Below, piece after piece: positions 56,249 to 64,000 of a stretch of 64,000 nt of DNA. A model generated the notes under the pieces. That model saw nothing but the letters and a program-made list of their open reading frames with translations. It did not search any database and had not been told where the DNA came from. Source of the stretch: a virus; IMG/VR virus record IMGVR_UViG_3300035675_000004, positions 1 to 64,000 of that record, one strand, 5' to 3'. How positions within the stretch are numbered: position 1 is the first letter of the stretch; each line of letters begins with the position of its first letter. Made by a program: the position numbers and the translations under genes.

Positions 56249-57970
56249 ATGGCATTTTATCTTAGCCCATTGGTTGATGTTAATGAGATAGATTTGACTA
56301 CTACTGTGCCCGCTGTAGCTACATCTATCGGTGTTATTGTTTTGAGGGATACCTACAAGGGGCCCGAAAAACCACATAAACAGCTAATCACGACGGTCAA
56401 CGATCTTATTGACACATTTGGAAAACCAACAAGCACAGCAAATTGTTATCAGGATATGCTTGCCGCAACAGGATATCTGAGATATGGTAACGCTCTTTAT
56501 TGCACAAGAGCAATGCCTGTATCAGCTACCTTTGCTGGAACGAAAGCAGCCAGCGGTGCTATAAGCACATTCACAGCATTTACGACAGCTGATGCCTATA
56601 AACTATCAGATTTTACAAGTGGTGATCCTGATGAATTTGATGATGAAGTAACTGTTTCGGGTACATTCCCATTCTATATCATCGCTAATTCAAGAGGAGC
56701 ATGGGGAAATAATATCAGGATAGCCGTGATAGACTATACCACTTATAACGAAATCTCATCCGGCGGCCATTCAGATTGGACAACATACGAAGCTCTTGCA
56801 GCCGTTGACAGTCCGCTTACAGACACTAAAGATTTCTTGATCCTTGTGCAAGCAATGGAACAGAGTGAAACATCATATACCACGAAGGAAGTCTGGAATG
56901 TATCTACCGTCGAAGCAAGACTTGATGATTCCGGTGTCGCAAAATATGCACCGATTGTAATCAATCAGCAAAGCTCATATATTAGAATTGCTATGAATGA
57001 TGCTGTAATCGACGGTGCTATTACGATTTCTACAAGTGCATGGCAGACATTTGGTGGTGGACAGGATAACAATGGTGACAGCGTATTGGATGCAACCATC
57101 GAGCAATCACTTGATTTGTATTCCAACGCCGAAGAAATTGATGTAAATCTTTTCATCGACGCTAACAAATCAACCACCGTAAAAAGCTATATGGTTACTC
57201 TTTGTGAAACCAGAAAAGATTCCGTCGCTATTCTTGATTGTCTGTATGGTGATGCCGTCAACAACAGCGGCAACGAAGCAACAGATATCAGGAATTATAG
57301 ACTTAACACACTAAACGAAAATACAAGCTACGCTTCTCTTTACGCAAACTGGCTTGAAGTTTATGACAAGTGGAATGGAAAATACAGATGGATCCCAGCA
57401 TCAGGACACGTCGCTGGTGTCTATGCAAACACAGACAATATTTCAGACCCGTGGTTCGCACCAGCCGGTCTTAACAGAGCCCTTCTTGGTAATGTAAGGA
57501 GATTGGCTTGGAACCCAACATTGGGCGAAAGGGATATTCTATATAAGAATGGTATCAATCCTATCGTATCCTTTGCTGGACAGGGCAAGGTTGTATGGGG
57601 TCAGAAAACACTGCTTAATAAAGAATCAGCATTCAATAGAATCAATGTAAGAAGGCTCTTTATGGTTCTTGAGAAAGCTATCAGCACAGCGTGCAGATAC
57701 TTCCTCTTTGAGCCAAATGACGATCTTACAAGACTTCTTCTGATTAATATGATTGAGCCGTTCTTGAGAGATGTAAGGTCACGAAGGGGTATCTATGAGT
57801 ATCTTCTTATATGTGATTCTTCAAACAACACAGCTGAAAGAATCGACAGAAATGAACTGTGGTGTGACATTTACATTAAGCCCGTAAGGTCAGCAGAATA
57901 TATTGTTCTGAACTTTGTGGCCACAAAAACAGGCGCGTCATTTACAGAATTGACTGGCGCTGGAGCATAA
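56249..57970 (+). CDS. gp18: Tail sheath protein (gp18-like)
   Basis: SP.VDV.EIDLT, PWFAPAG.NR, WGQKT, RINVRRL and FEPND motifs. Confidence 0.96.
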   Translation: MAFYLSPLVDVNEIDLTTTVPAVATSIGVIVLRDTYKGPEKPHKQLITTVNDLIDTFGKPTSTANCYQDMLAATGYLRYGNALYCTRAMPVSATFAGTKAASGAISTFTAFTTADAYKLSDFTSGDPDEFDDEVTVSGTFPFYIIANSRGAWGNNIRIAVIDYTTYNEISSGGHSDWTTYEALAAVDSPLTDTKDFLILVQAMEQSETSYTTKEVWNVSTVEARLDDSGVAKYAPIVINQQSSYIRIAMNDAVIDGAITISTSAWQTFGGGQDNNGDSVLDATIEQSLDLYSNAEEIDVNLFIDANKSTTVKSYMVTLCETRKDSVAILDCLYGDAVNNSGNEATDIRNYRLNTLNENTSYASLYANWLEVYDKWNGKYRWIPASGHVAGVYANTDNISDPWFAPAGLNRALLGNVRRLAWNPTLGERDILYKNGINPIVSFAGQGKVVWGQKTLLNKESAFNRINVRRLFMVLEKAISTACRYFLFEPNDDLTRLLLINMIEPFLRDVRSRRGIYEYLLICDSSNNTAERIDRNELWCDIYIKPVRSAEYIVLNFVATKTGASFTELTGAGA

Positions 57971-57991
57971 ATAACAAGAGAGGTATAAACA

Positions 57992-58534
57992 ATGCCAAGA
58001 TTTAACATAGACAGTTTCAGAGCACAATTTCAAGGTGGCGCAAGAGCCTATCTGTTTTATATGAAGCCAGGATTTCCAGCCTCTGTTCCAATAGATGTGG
58101 AAAAGACAGTTTACCTTGTAAGGTCTACTACTGTTCCTGATCAATCAATAGACGAAATTCCGTTGAACTGGCAGGGTCACGAATATAAGATTCCGGGCAA
58201 ATATACATACACTGATTGGACTTGCACCTTTTATTTGGACATTGATGCAAAAGTGCAAGAAGCATATTACAACTGGCAGAGACAGATACACGATCCGACA
58301 ACGAACATCTACGCTGATGTGCCCTCTATCTTAGCAGATCAGTCGATGGAACTTCTCAGTTACACCGGCGATCCTATCGCAAGATATAAATTGGTGGGTG
58401 CTTGGCCGAAGATGATTGGCCAGATTTCATTGGATTACATGAATAACGAAGTTGCAACATTCGATGTAACTTTCGCATATGTGTATCATGTTATGGATAA
58501 AATTAAATATGGTAATACACCGACATTTGGATAA
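57992..58534 (+). CDS. gp19: Tail tube protein (gp19-like)
   Basis: GGAR..LF, K.PG..TY.DW, GAWP..IG.I.LD and F.VTF.Y motifs. Confidence 0.92.
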   Translation: MPRFNIDSFRAQFQGGARAYLFYMKPGFPASVPIDVEKTVYLVRSTTVPDQSIDEIPLNWQGHEYKIPGKYTYTDWTCTFYLDIDAKVQEAYYNWQRQIHDPTTNIYADVPSILADQSMELLSYTGDPIARYKLVGAWPKMIGQISLDYMNNEVATFDVTFAYVYHVMDKIKYGNTPTFG

Positions 58535-58593
58535 TAGGTTTTAGTTTCCTATATTCCAATGTACCACGCTTAGCAGAGAGCTAATGGACTTGT

Positions 58594-58629
58594 AAAAAGG
58601 GGTCTGAAGGGTACTTCAGGCCCCTTTTT
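58594..58629. terminator. Bidirectional-type Rho-independent terminator
   Basis: aaaaaggggtctgaag-ggta-cttcaggcccctttt. Confidence 0.85.
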
Positions 58630-58644
58630 CATTTGGAGAATACG

Positions 58645-59382
58645 ATGCCTAAATTCAGTTTTGACATAGACACTTATAAAACAAGATTTGATGGTGGATT
58701 AAAACAATACTTGTTTTTCGTCCTGATGAATTTTCCTAACTTTACCAATATAGGAAAAGGTTCATCTAAAATAACTTCGCCGGATAATAGTGCGGCGGTA
58801 GGAGGATTTATAGGTTCATCTACACAGCAGAATTATCAAGAGATGTTAAAACAGAATTTGGAAACTGGTATTAAAATGGCTCTTACGACATTTGGTATGA
58901 ATGCCGCAAGAGATTTTTATCCGTATTTTGTAAGGTCAACCAGTTTACCTTCAAGTAACTTTGAAGAAATACCAATACCCTATCAAATAACAGATTATAA
59001 ATTGCCCGGAAGACGAACATTTGATGATTGGACGATAACATTCAATATAGATGCTAAAGGAGAAATTCTACAAAGATTTCTTGCGTGGCACGATGGTATA
59101 CTTAATATGGATACGGGTGACCGCCGTGTATGGAAGGATGTTGTGGTGGATCAACAGCTTCATCTTCTTGATTATACCGGAGAGACTATGCTAGCATATA
59201 CTCTTGTGGATGCGTGGCCGAAAACTATTGGACAGGTAGGGTTTGATTATGGATCTGAAGATATTGCAACAGTGGATATAACTTTTTCATACAGATACTA
59301 TACTGTAAAACCGACGGAAACCGCATTTATTCTCTCTGAAACTATGAAGCGCGGTATCAATAGAGTATTGAGGAGGTTCTAA
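58645..59382 (+). CDS. Tail tube-like paralog (gp19/gp54 family)
   Basis: PGRRTFDDWTITF and DAWPKTIG motifs. Confidence 0.8.
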   Translation: MPKFSFDIDTYKTRFDGGLKQYLFFVLMNFPNFTNIGKGSSKITSPDNSAAVGGFIGSSTQQNYQEMLKQNLETGIKMALTTFGMNAARDFYPYFVRSTSLPSSNFEEIPIPYQITDYKLPGRRTFDDWTITFNIDAKGEILQRFLAWHDGILNMDTGDRRVWKDVVVDQQLHLLDYTGETMLAYTLVDAWPKTIGQVGFDYGSEDIATVDITFSYRYYTVKPTETAFILSETMKRGINRVLRRF

Positions 59383-60161
59383 TGAAAGCCCCATTTAGTA
59401 TAGATGAATATAGAGCAAATATGGATGGCGGACAAAAGGCCCACAGTTTTTATATTAGATTGAATTGGCCGGGTTGGACACAGGTATTAGAAGGTGGCCT
59501 TATGGGAGGATTGAAACAAGTTAATCCCGGAATGGATTTAGGAAGCCCGGAAGCCATACAACAAGTTGGAAGGGGAGCATCGGAGCTGGCCATTCCCGCC
59601 GCGGCCAATATTGCGGGGATGAATAATGATACAAAGAAATGGGCCTATTATGTAAAATCTACACAGTTGCCATCATCTACATTTGGTGAACAGCAAACAC
59701 ATTGGATGGGCTCAACATTCAGAGCTGCCGGCAAGCAAACATTTGATGATTGGTCTGTAACATTTTATCTTGACCAAAGGGGCGAGTTTGTAAGGAAAAT
59801 CAGGGAATGGCACGATTTGATGCACGACCCACAGACAAACATAGTTTCAAGACCTATTGATTATATGGTCGATCAAGAGGCACACCTTTTGGATAATACA
59901 GGCCAGACCGTCGCCGTGTATAAATTTTACGGCGCGTGGCCCAGATCCATTGGTGGTATTGGATTGAGTTATGATGATAACAGTATAGCCACGACTGATA
60001 TAACTTTTGCTTTTCAGTATTTTATGGTTTACGAACAGGAAGAAGGCACTCTCAAAAAGTATCTCAAGCAGGGTGCGAGAAGTGTGGTTTCTCAGGGTGC
60101 TGAGAGCGCAGTAGGAATAATACCAAATACTTTCCCGGTATTAAGGTGGAAAGCGACATAA
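59382..60161 (+). CDS. Tail tube-like paralog (gp19/gp54 family)
   Basis: AGKQTFDDWSVTF and GAWPRSIG motifs. Confidence 0.8.
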   Translation: MKAPFSIDEYRANMDGGQKAHSFYIRLNWPGWTQVLEGGLMGGLKQVNPGMDLGSPEAIQQVGRGASELAIPAAANIAGMNNDTKKWAYYVKSTQLPSSTFGEQQTHWMGSTFRAAGKQTFDDWSVTFYLDQRGEFVRKIREWHDLMHDPQTNIVSRPIDYMVDQEAHLLDNTGQTVAVYKFYGAWPRSIGGIGLSYDDNSIATTDITFAFQYFMVYEQEEGTLKKYLKQGARSVVSQGAESAVGIIPNTFPVLRWKAT

Positions 60162-60176
60162 GGAGGATGTGATAAT

Positions 60177-61070
60177 ATGTCATTTAAAAATTATCTAAAT
60201 GTATTTCAATTTGACACGGCGTTGCCCGGTAGTGGTAAGGAATTGCAAATCAAGCCTATTACTACAGGACAAATGAAAAGGTTGTTGCTCTATGAGGCAG
60301 CAGAAAATCCAGAGAAGATAGAAGAAATTCTTGACACTCTGATAAACGAATGTGTAGTCACGAAAGATTTTGATGTGAAGAAATGTTATTTACAGGATAG
60401 ATTTTTTCTTCTGGTAGAATTGAGGAAGATATCCAAAGGTAACTCATATATATATTCTTCGGTTTGTAAGAATACTGACTGTAATTCTCAATTTGTTCAG
60501 CAGGTTGATCTTACACAGTTACCACTAAAGACGCTCTCTATAGAAAAGAGGCTTGCGCTGATGAATGGCGCACCTGAAATTAAGAAGGTAGAGAAGCCTG
60601 AAAAACCTGCATCGAAGAAAAAAATAGCAGTGGAAAAAGCAAAACCAGTGACGGAGACACCTGTTTCTCAAACAGAAGCTTTACCCGAAGCTCCGAAATT
60701 GGATAAGTGGAATGTTATTCAACTCAGGGATAACATCGCTGTAGAGTTGCAACCCCTCACAAGGGAAATGCAGGAAGCTGCTCAGCGTCTTGTGGGAAGT
60801 TTGAAAGATGAGATAAAAAAGAGAGTGGAGAGTATTTCATTCTCAACCGCGATGGGAATAAAGTCTATCATAACACCTGACGGCAGAGAGGACGTGAGTG
60901 TAGAAGATAAAGTATTTTTACTTGAAAATCTTACTCAATTTGAATATGAAAAAATAAACAAATGGTATGAAGAAAACGATTTCGGTATGGAATTTGCATT
61001 CACAGCCAAATGTCCTCATTGCGGAACCGAGGAGAGGAGGGAAATCCCGCTGGAAGATTTTTTCTCCTAA
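60177..61070 (+). CDS. gp26: Baseplate hub assembly protein (gp26-like)
   Basis: LP.SG....KP, D..FL.V.LR..SKG, C...C, and a CPHCG...L.DFF C-terminus. Confidence 0.8.
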   Translation: MSFKNYLNVFQFDTALPGSGKELQIKPITTGQMKRLLLYEAAENPEKIEEILDTLINECVVTKDFDVKKCYLQDRFFLLVELRKISKGNSYIYSSVCKNTDCNSQFVQQVDLTQLPLKTLSIEKRLALMNGAPEIKKVEKPEKPASKKKIAVEKAKPVTETPVSQTEALPEAPKLDKWNVIQLRDNIAVELQPLTREMQEAAQRLVGSLKDEIKKRVESISFSTAMGIKSIITPDGREDVSVEDKVFLLENLTQFEYEKINKWYEENDFGMEFAFTAKCPHCGTEERREIPLEDFFS

Positions 61071-61279
61071 TCCACATAGTGTGTTCTGGTCTCAGTATTG
61101 AAAGTATAACTGAAGATCAATTTGTTTTATCGAGTAGAGCGGGCATCAGCCTGCAGGAGAGCACACTATTACCAGACTTTGAGCGTGAGGCATATGTGGG
61201 TCTGGTAATGAGGGATATGAAGCAGAAAGCCGAGTCAGCGAAGGATAATTTAGCGATTGCAAAGATGAATGTAAAGTAA
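61058..61279 (+). CDS. gp51-like ORF, possibly expressed by -1 frameshift from gp26
   Basis: 'S.ES...QF.L....ISL.E...LP.FERE.YV.L' pattern; T TTT TTC heptamer at 61058-64. Confidence 0.6.
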   Translation, partial: FFLLIHIVCSGLSIESITEDQFVLSSRAGISLQESTLLPDFEREAYVGLVMRDMKQKAESAKDNLAIAKMNVK

Positions 61280-61289
61280 TGGAGTAAAA

Positions 61290-63644
61290 ATGGCTACACC
61301 AAATATACCACAAGTTCCTTTATATGCCTTGAAAGAATTGCCTGAACTCAGGAAGGTGGGTCAGTCTCTTGTTGATTCATTCAAGGATATCGACAAAAAG
61401 ATTGGTAAAGAAATCGAAAAACTGCAAGACCAGCAGTTGAAAGCTGAGATTGATCTTCGCAAAGCTGAGGAGAAATCTGATAAAGTTTCTGCCAAAAAGT
61501 TACAGGATACTATTCGACAACTTTCCACGCAGATAAAAACAACCAGATATACTGAATCTAAATTGTTGGCTAAGTCAATCGACCCCGGCCGTATGTTGAC
61601 GGGATTTGAAAGATTTATTGACAGATGGTTTGCAAAGTATGAAAGAATACGCGTTGCCCCAGCAAAAGCAATGGGTATAGAACCACCGATGATAAAGGCT
61701 TGGTATGATAGGTGGTGGGGCAAAGCTGTTATAAAAATGGGCGATGTCTGGACGAAGTTTCTTGGCACTAAGTTTATGGATGCTGCCAGAGATTTTTGGG
61801 GAAAATTAAAAGATCACGCAAGACAGATGTTTGATGAGATTCTCGGCCCTCTTGCAAAGTATGTTGATTTGGCTATGGCCGGGTTAAAAGCTGGTTATGC
61901 TGCTATTAGAAATGTTGGTGAACTGATTGGTATATTCAGGAAGGGCCCGTCAAAACCACCAGAGGATAGAACAGCAGATGCTACGGAGGAAACAGTAGAA
62001 AAACTGGACGAGATTAAAGATGGGCTCGCTGGTGGCTGGGAGAGAAAGGGTGCACAGGAAACAACCGAAGTCAAGAAAGAAATTATAAAATCTGGCAAAG
62101 AAGGTAAAAAGTGGTGGATGAGCGCATTACTATTTTTAGGTGGATTAGCATCTTCACTCATATCTATACCGATGAGAATTGCTGGTGCACTTGGAGATTG
62201 GTTACTTAGGAGAGGACTTATCTCAGCGGTTCCATCAATACTCCGTAAAAATCAGCCGGCGCCAGGGGAGAAAACTGAGAAAACAGGAAAAGGTGGATCT
62301 AAAACAGCTGGTGCTGGTGGTGCTGGAGCACTGGCTACTGCTGGTGGAAAAACTGCTGGTGAAGCAGCTAAAAAAGCGCCATGGTATAAAAGAGCTGCAA
62401 CAAAAGGTTTAAGGATCGCTAAGGGTAGCCCATTAGGCAAAGCGCCTGTGGTTGGAGGTCTTATTTCAGGTGGTCTTGAATATTTGGAATCCGGATCGCT
62501 TGCTAGAGCTACTGGTCGTGGAGGGGCTACAGCACTTGGTGTACTTTTGGGAGCGCCGTTAGGGCCGTGGGGCATGGCAATAGGCGGCATTGCTATGGAT
62601 TATTTTTTGGGTGACAAAGCTGCGGATTGGGCAGAAGAAACAAGAGATAAAATTAAGGACGCGAAGATAGGAATTGAAGCGTTAGACAAGTTGAAGGATT
62701 GGTTCTTTGATCAGGAAAGAAAAACGGGTTATCATAGACAAAAAATAGATAGAGGTGCATTAGATAAGAGATTTGAGGAAAAGGAAAGAGGAGGTCTTTT
62801 AGGTTGGTTCGCTGGAATGATATCTATGATTTCTATGGGTATGTTAAGCAGAGAGCAGGCCTATGATATGCTGGAAAAGGGATCCGGCGCGGCAAGTGCA
62901 GCTATAAATAAAGCATCAAATATGGGGAAAGCTGTCGTTGAAAAAACCGCAAAAGCATTGGGGGCATCTGAAGCTCATGCTGGAATTATTCCGCCCAGTT
63001 CAGCCGGCACAACCGCATCCAGATTGAACAATCCGGGTAACATTAAATCACAAACCAATTTTGGCAAGAAACTTATTGCTGCTGGTCGTGCGAAAGATAG
63101 TGGAGTTAAAGCATTAGATGGCGGCACATTTTTGATGTTTAATTCTCCGGGCGAGGGATGGGGAGCTATGAAAGAAGCTCTCGCGACCCGAAGCGGTGAT
63201 ATGTCAGTTGACAAAAGATTGAGACAATGGAGTGGCGGTGGATATGGTGGAGAATTAGTTCCGGGGCTGGCCGGTAGGTCGATAGCCAGCCTTAGTGATT
63301 CGGAACTTAATACGCTAATTCAGGCCATGGCGAAAAGAGAAGGTTACAAGGGTGCGCCGTTGACTGCTGGTGAGTTGTCCAGAGCGCCCGGGGAAGGAGC
63401 TGTAGCCCGGACAGGAGCTCTTGAAAATGAGGCGGCCGCCGCTATTGCAAATATGCAGGCGATGAACGCAGCCAATACAGCCAATGCTGTAAATAATCTT
63501 GCGGCAAATACGGCCGGCGTGCTTCCACCGACAGCTATAGGTGCATCTTCAACACCATCAGGTATCAGTGGACAATACAATCCGCCGGTAGATATAACAG
63601 GCGGAATGACATTGAATTATATATTACATAGGAACACGATATAG
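61290..63644 (+). CDS. Tape measure-like protein with C-terminal lysozyme-like (NNPGNI) domain
   Basis: Helical Ala/Gly-rich sequence with hydrophobic segments; RLNNPGNIK...F.S..EG..AM. Confidence 0.7.
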   Translation: MATPNIPQVPLYALKELPELRKVGQSLVDSFKDIDKKIGKEIEKLQDQQLKAEIDLRKAEEKSDKVSAKKLQDTIRQLSTQIKTTRYTESKLLAKSIDPGRMLTGFERFIDRWFAKYERIRVAPAKAMGIEPPMIKAWYDRWWGKAVIKMGDVWTKFLGTKFMDAARDFWGKLKDHARQMFDEILGPLAKYVDLAMAGLKAGYAAIRNVGELIGIFRKGPSKPPEDRTADATEETVEKLDEIKDGLAGGWERKGAQETTEVKKEIIKSGKEGKKWWMSALLFLGGLASSLISIPMRIAGALGDWLLRRGLISAVPSILRKNQPAPGEKTEKTGKGGSKTAGAGGAGALATAGGKTAGEAAKKAPWYKRAATKGLRIAKGSPLGKAPVVGGLISGGLEYLESGSLARATGRGGATALGVLLGAPLGPWGMAIGGIAMDYFLGDKAADWAEETRDKIKDAKIGIEALDKLKDWFFDQERKTGYHRQKIDRGALDKRFEEKERGGLLGWFAGMISMISMGMLSREQAYDMLEKGSGAASAAINKASNMGKAVVEKTAKALGASEAHAGIIPPSSAGTTASRLNNPGNIKSQTNFGKKLIAAGRAKDSGVKALDGGTFLMFNSPGEGWGAMKEALATRSGDMSVDKRLRQWSGGGYGGELVPGLAGRSIASLSDSELNTLIQAMAKREGYKGAPLTAGELSRAPGEGAVARTGALENEAAAAIANMQAMNAANTANAVNNLAANTAGVLPPTAIGASSTPSGISGQYNPPVDITGGMTLNYILHRNTI

Positions 63645-63657
63645 TTTAGAGGTAAAG

Positions 63658-64000
63658 ATGATACTCAGAAGTCCAAGAACATACAAATACACCGGCGACC
63701 AATCATTATGGTTACATATAAAACCATTGAAACTGGAATCACAGGCTTCTATGGGAAGGATTGAGCCCACAGTTACAGATACAGGTGTCGAGCTTGCTTT
63801 CCTAATGCCAAATGAATTTCAGGAGACAATAGATCATACATGGGATTCATATGAAAGCATGATTGGTAGAGCAGCCGAGTTGTTTACAAATATCAGGAAA
63901 GAATGGCGCGCCTTGGGAAATACATTATCAACGCTTCCATCAGCATTTGAAGCAATGCAGAAAGCTGGATTTACAGAAACATCTTGGAAAAATTTGGCCT
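63658..64000 (+). CDS. Partial CDS, possible baseplate tube cap (gp48-like)
   Basis: GAGG RBS; open to the window end; 'FLMPNEFQETIDHTWD'. Confidence 0.45.
   Translation, partial: MILRSPRTYKYTGDQSLWLHIKPLKLESQASMGRIEPTVTDTGVELAFLMPNEFQETIDHTWDSYESMIGRAAELFTNIRKEWRALGNTLSTLPSAFEAMQKAGFTETSWKNLA

Noticed and set aside
30472-58534. Introns or inteins in portal, MCP, TerL or sheath
   Set aside because: The genes are contiguous and of normal or short length, with no intein or homing endonuclease motifs.
58535-58632. Possible tRNA or ncRNA in the intergenic gap
   Set aside because: No cloverleaf or T-loop motif is recognisable; the structure is explained by the terminator hairpin.
1-64000. Stop-codon reassignment (alternative genetic code)
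   Set aside because: Conserved genes are full length in code 11, and TAG, TGA and TAA all terminate genes at expected ends.

Overview
This window is 64 kb of a large T4-like myophage genome (Caudoviricetes). Essentially all real genes are on the + strand in the standard genetic code. Positions 1-30 kb hold a fibre/decoration region with giant Gly-Thr-Ser/Gly-Ser-Ser (GXY) repeat proteins, LamG and beta-helix adhesin-like proteins, a radical SAM enzyme, a dispersed lysis set (holin, transglycosylase, spanin-like pair), and a 1426-aa methyltransferase/GT4/Aah-TibC-type heptosyltransferase fusion. Positions 30-64 kb hold the T4-type morphogenesis module: portal, prohead protease, scaffold, MCP, TerS, TerL, gp13/14/15/3, sheath, three tube paralogs, gp26/gp51-like, tape measure. 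T4 late-promoter boxes (TATAAATA) occur through the window. The main candidate systems are: (1) a virion O-glycosylation system pairing Ser/Thr GXY fibres with a protein heptosyltransferase-like enzyme; (2) about 19 unrelated proteins sharing an N-terminal (Y/F)L-x-E capsid-targeting/protease-cleavage leader; (3) a complete prkA-yeaH-spoVR cassette between TerS and TerL behind an early-type promoter; (4) a likely -1 frameshift joining the gp26-like and gp51-like ORFs. All family assignments come from motif recognition by eye, not database searches.
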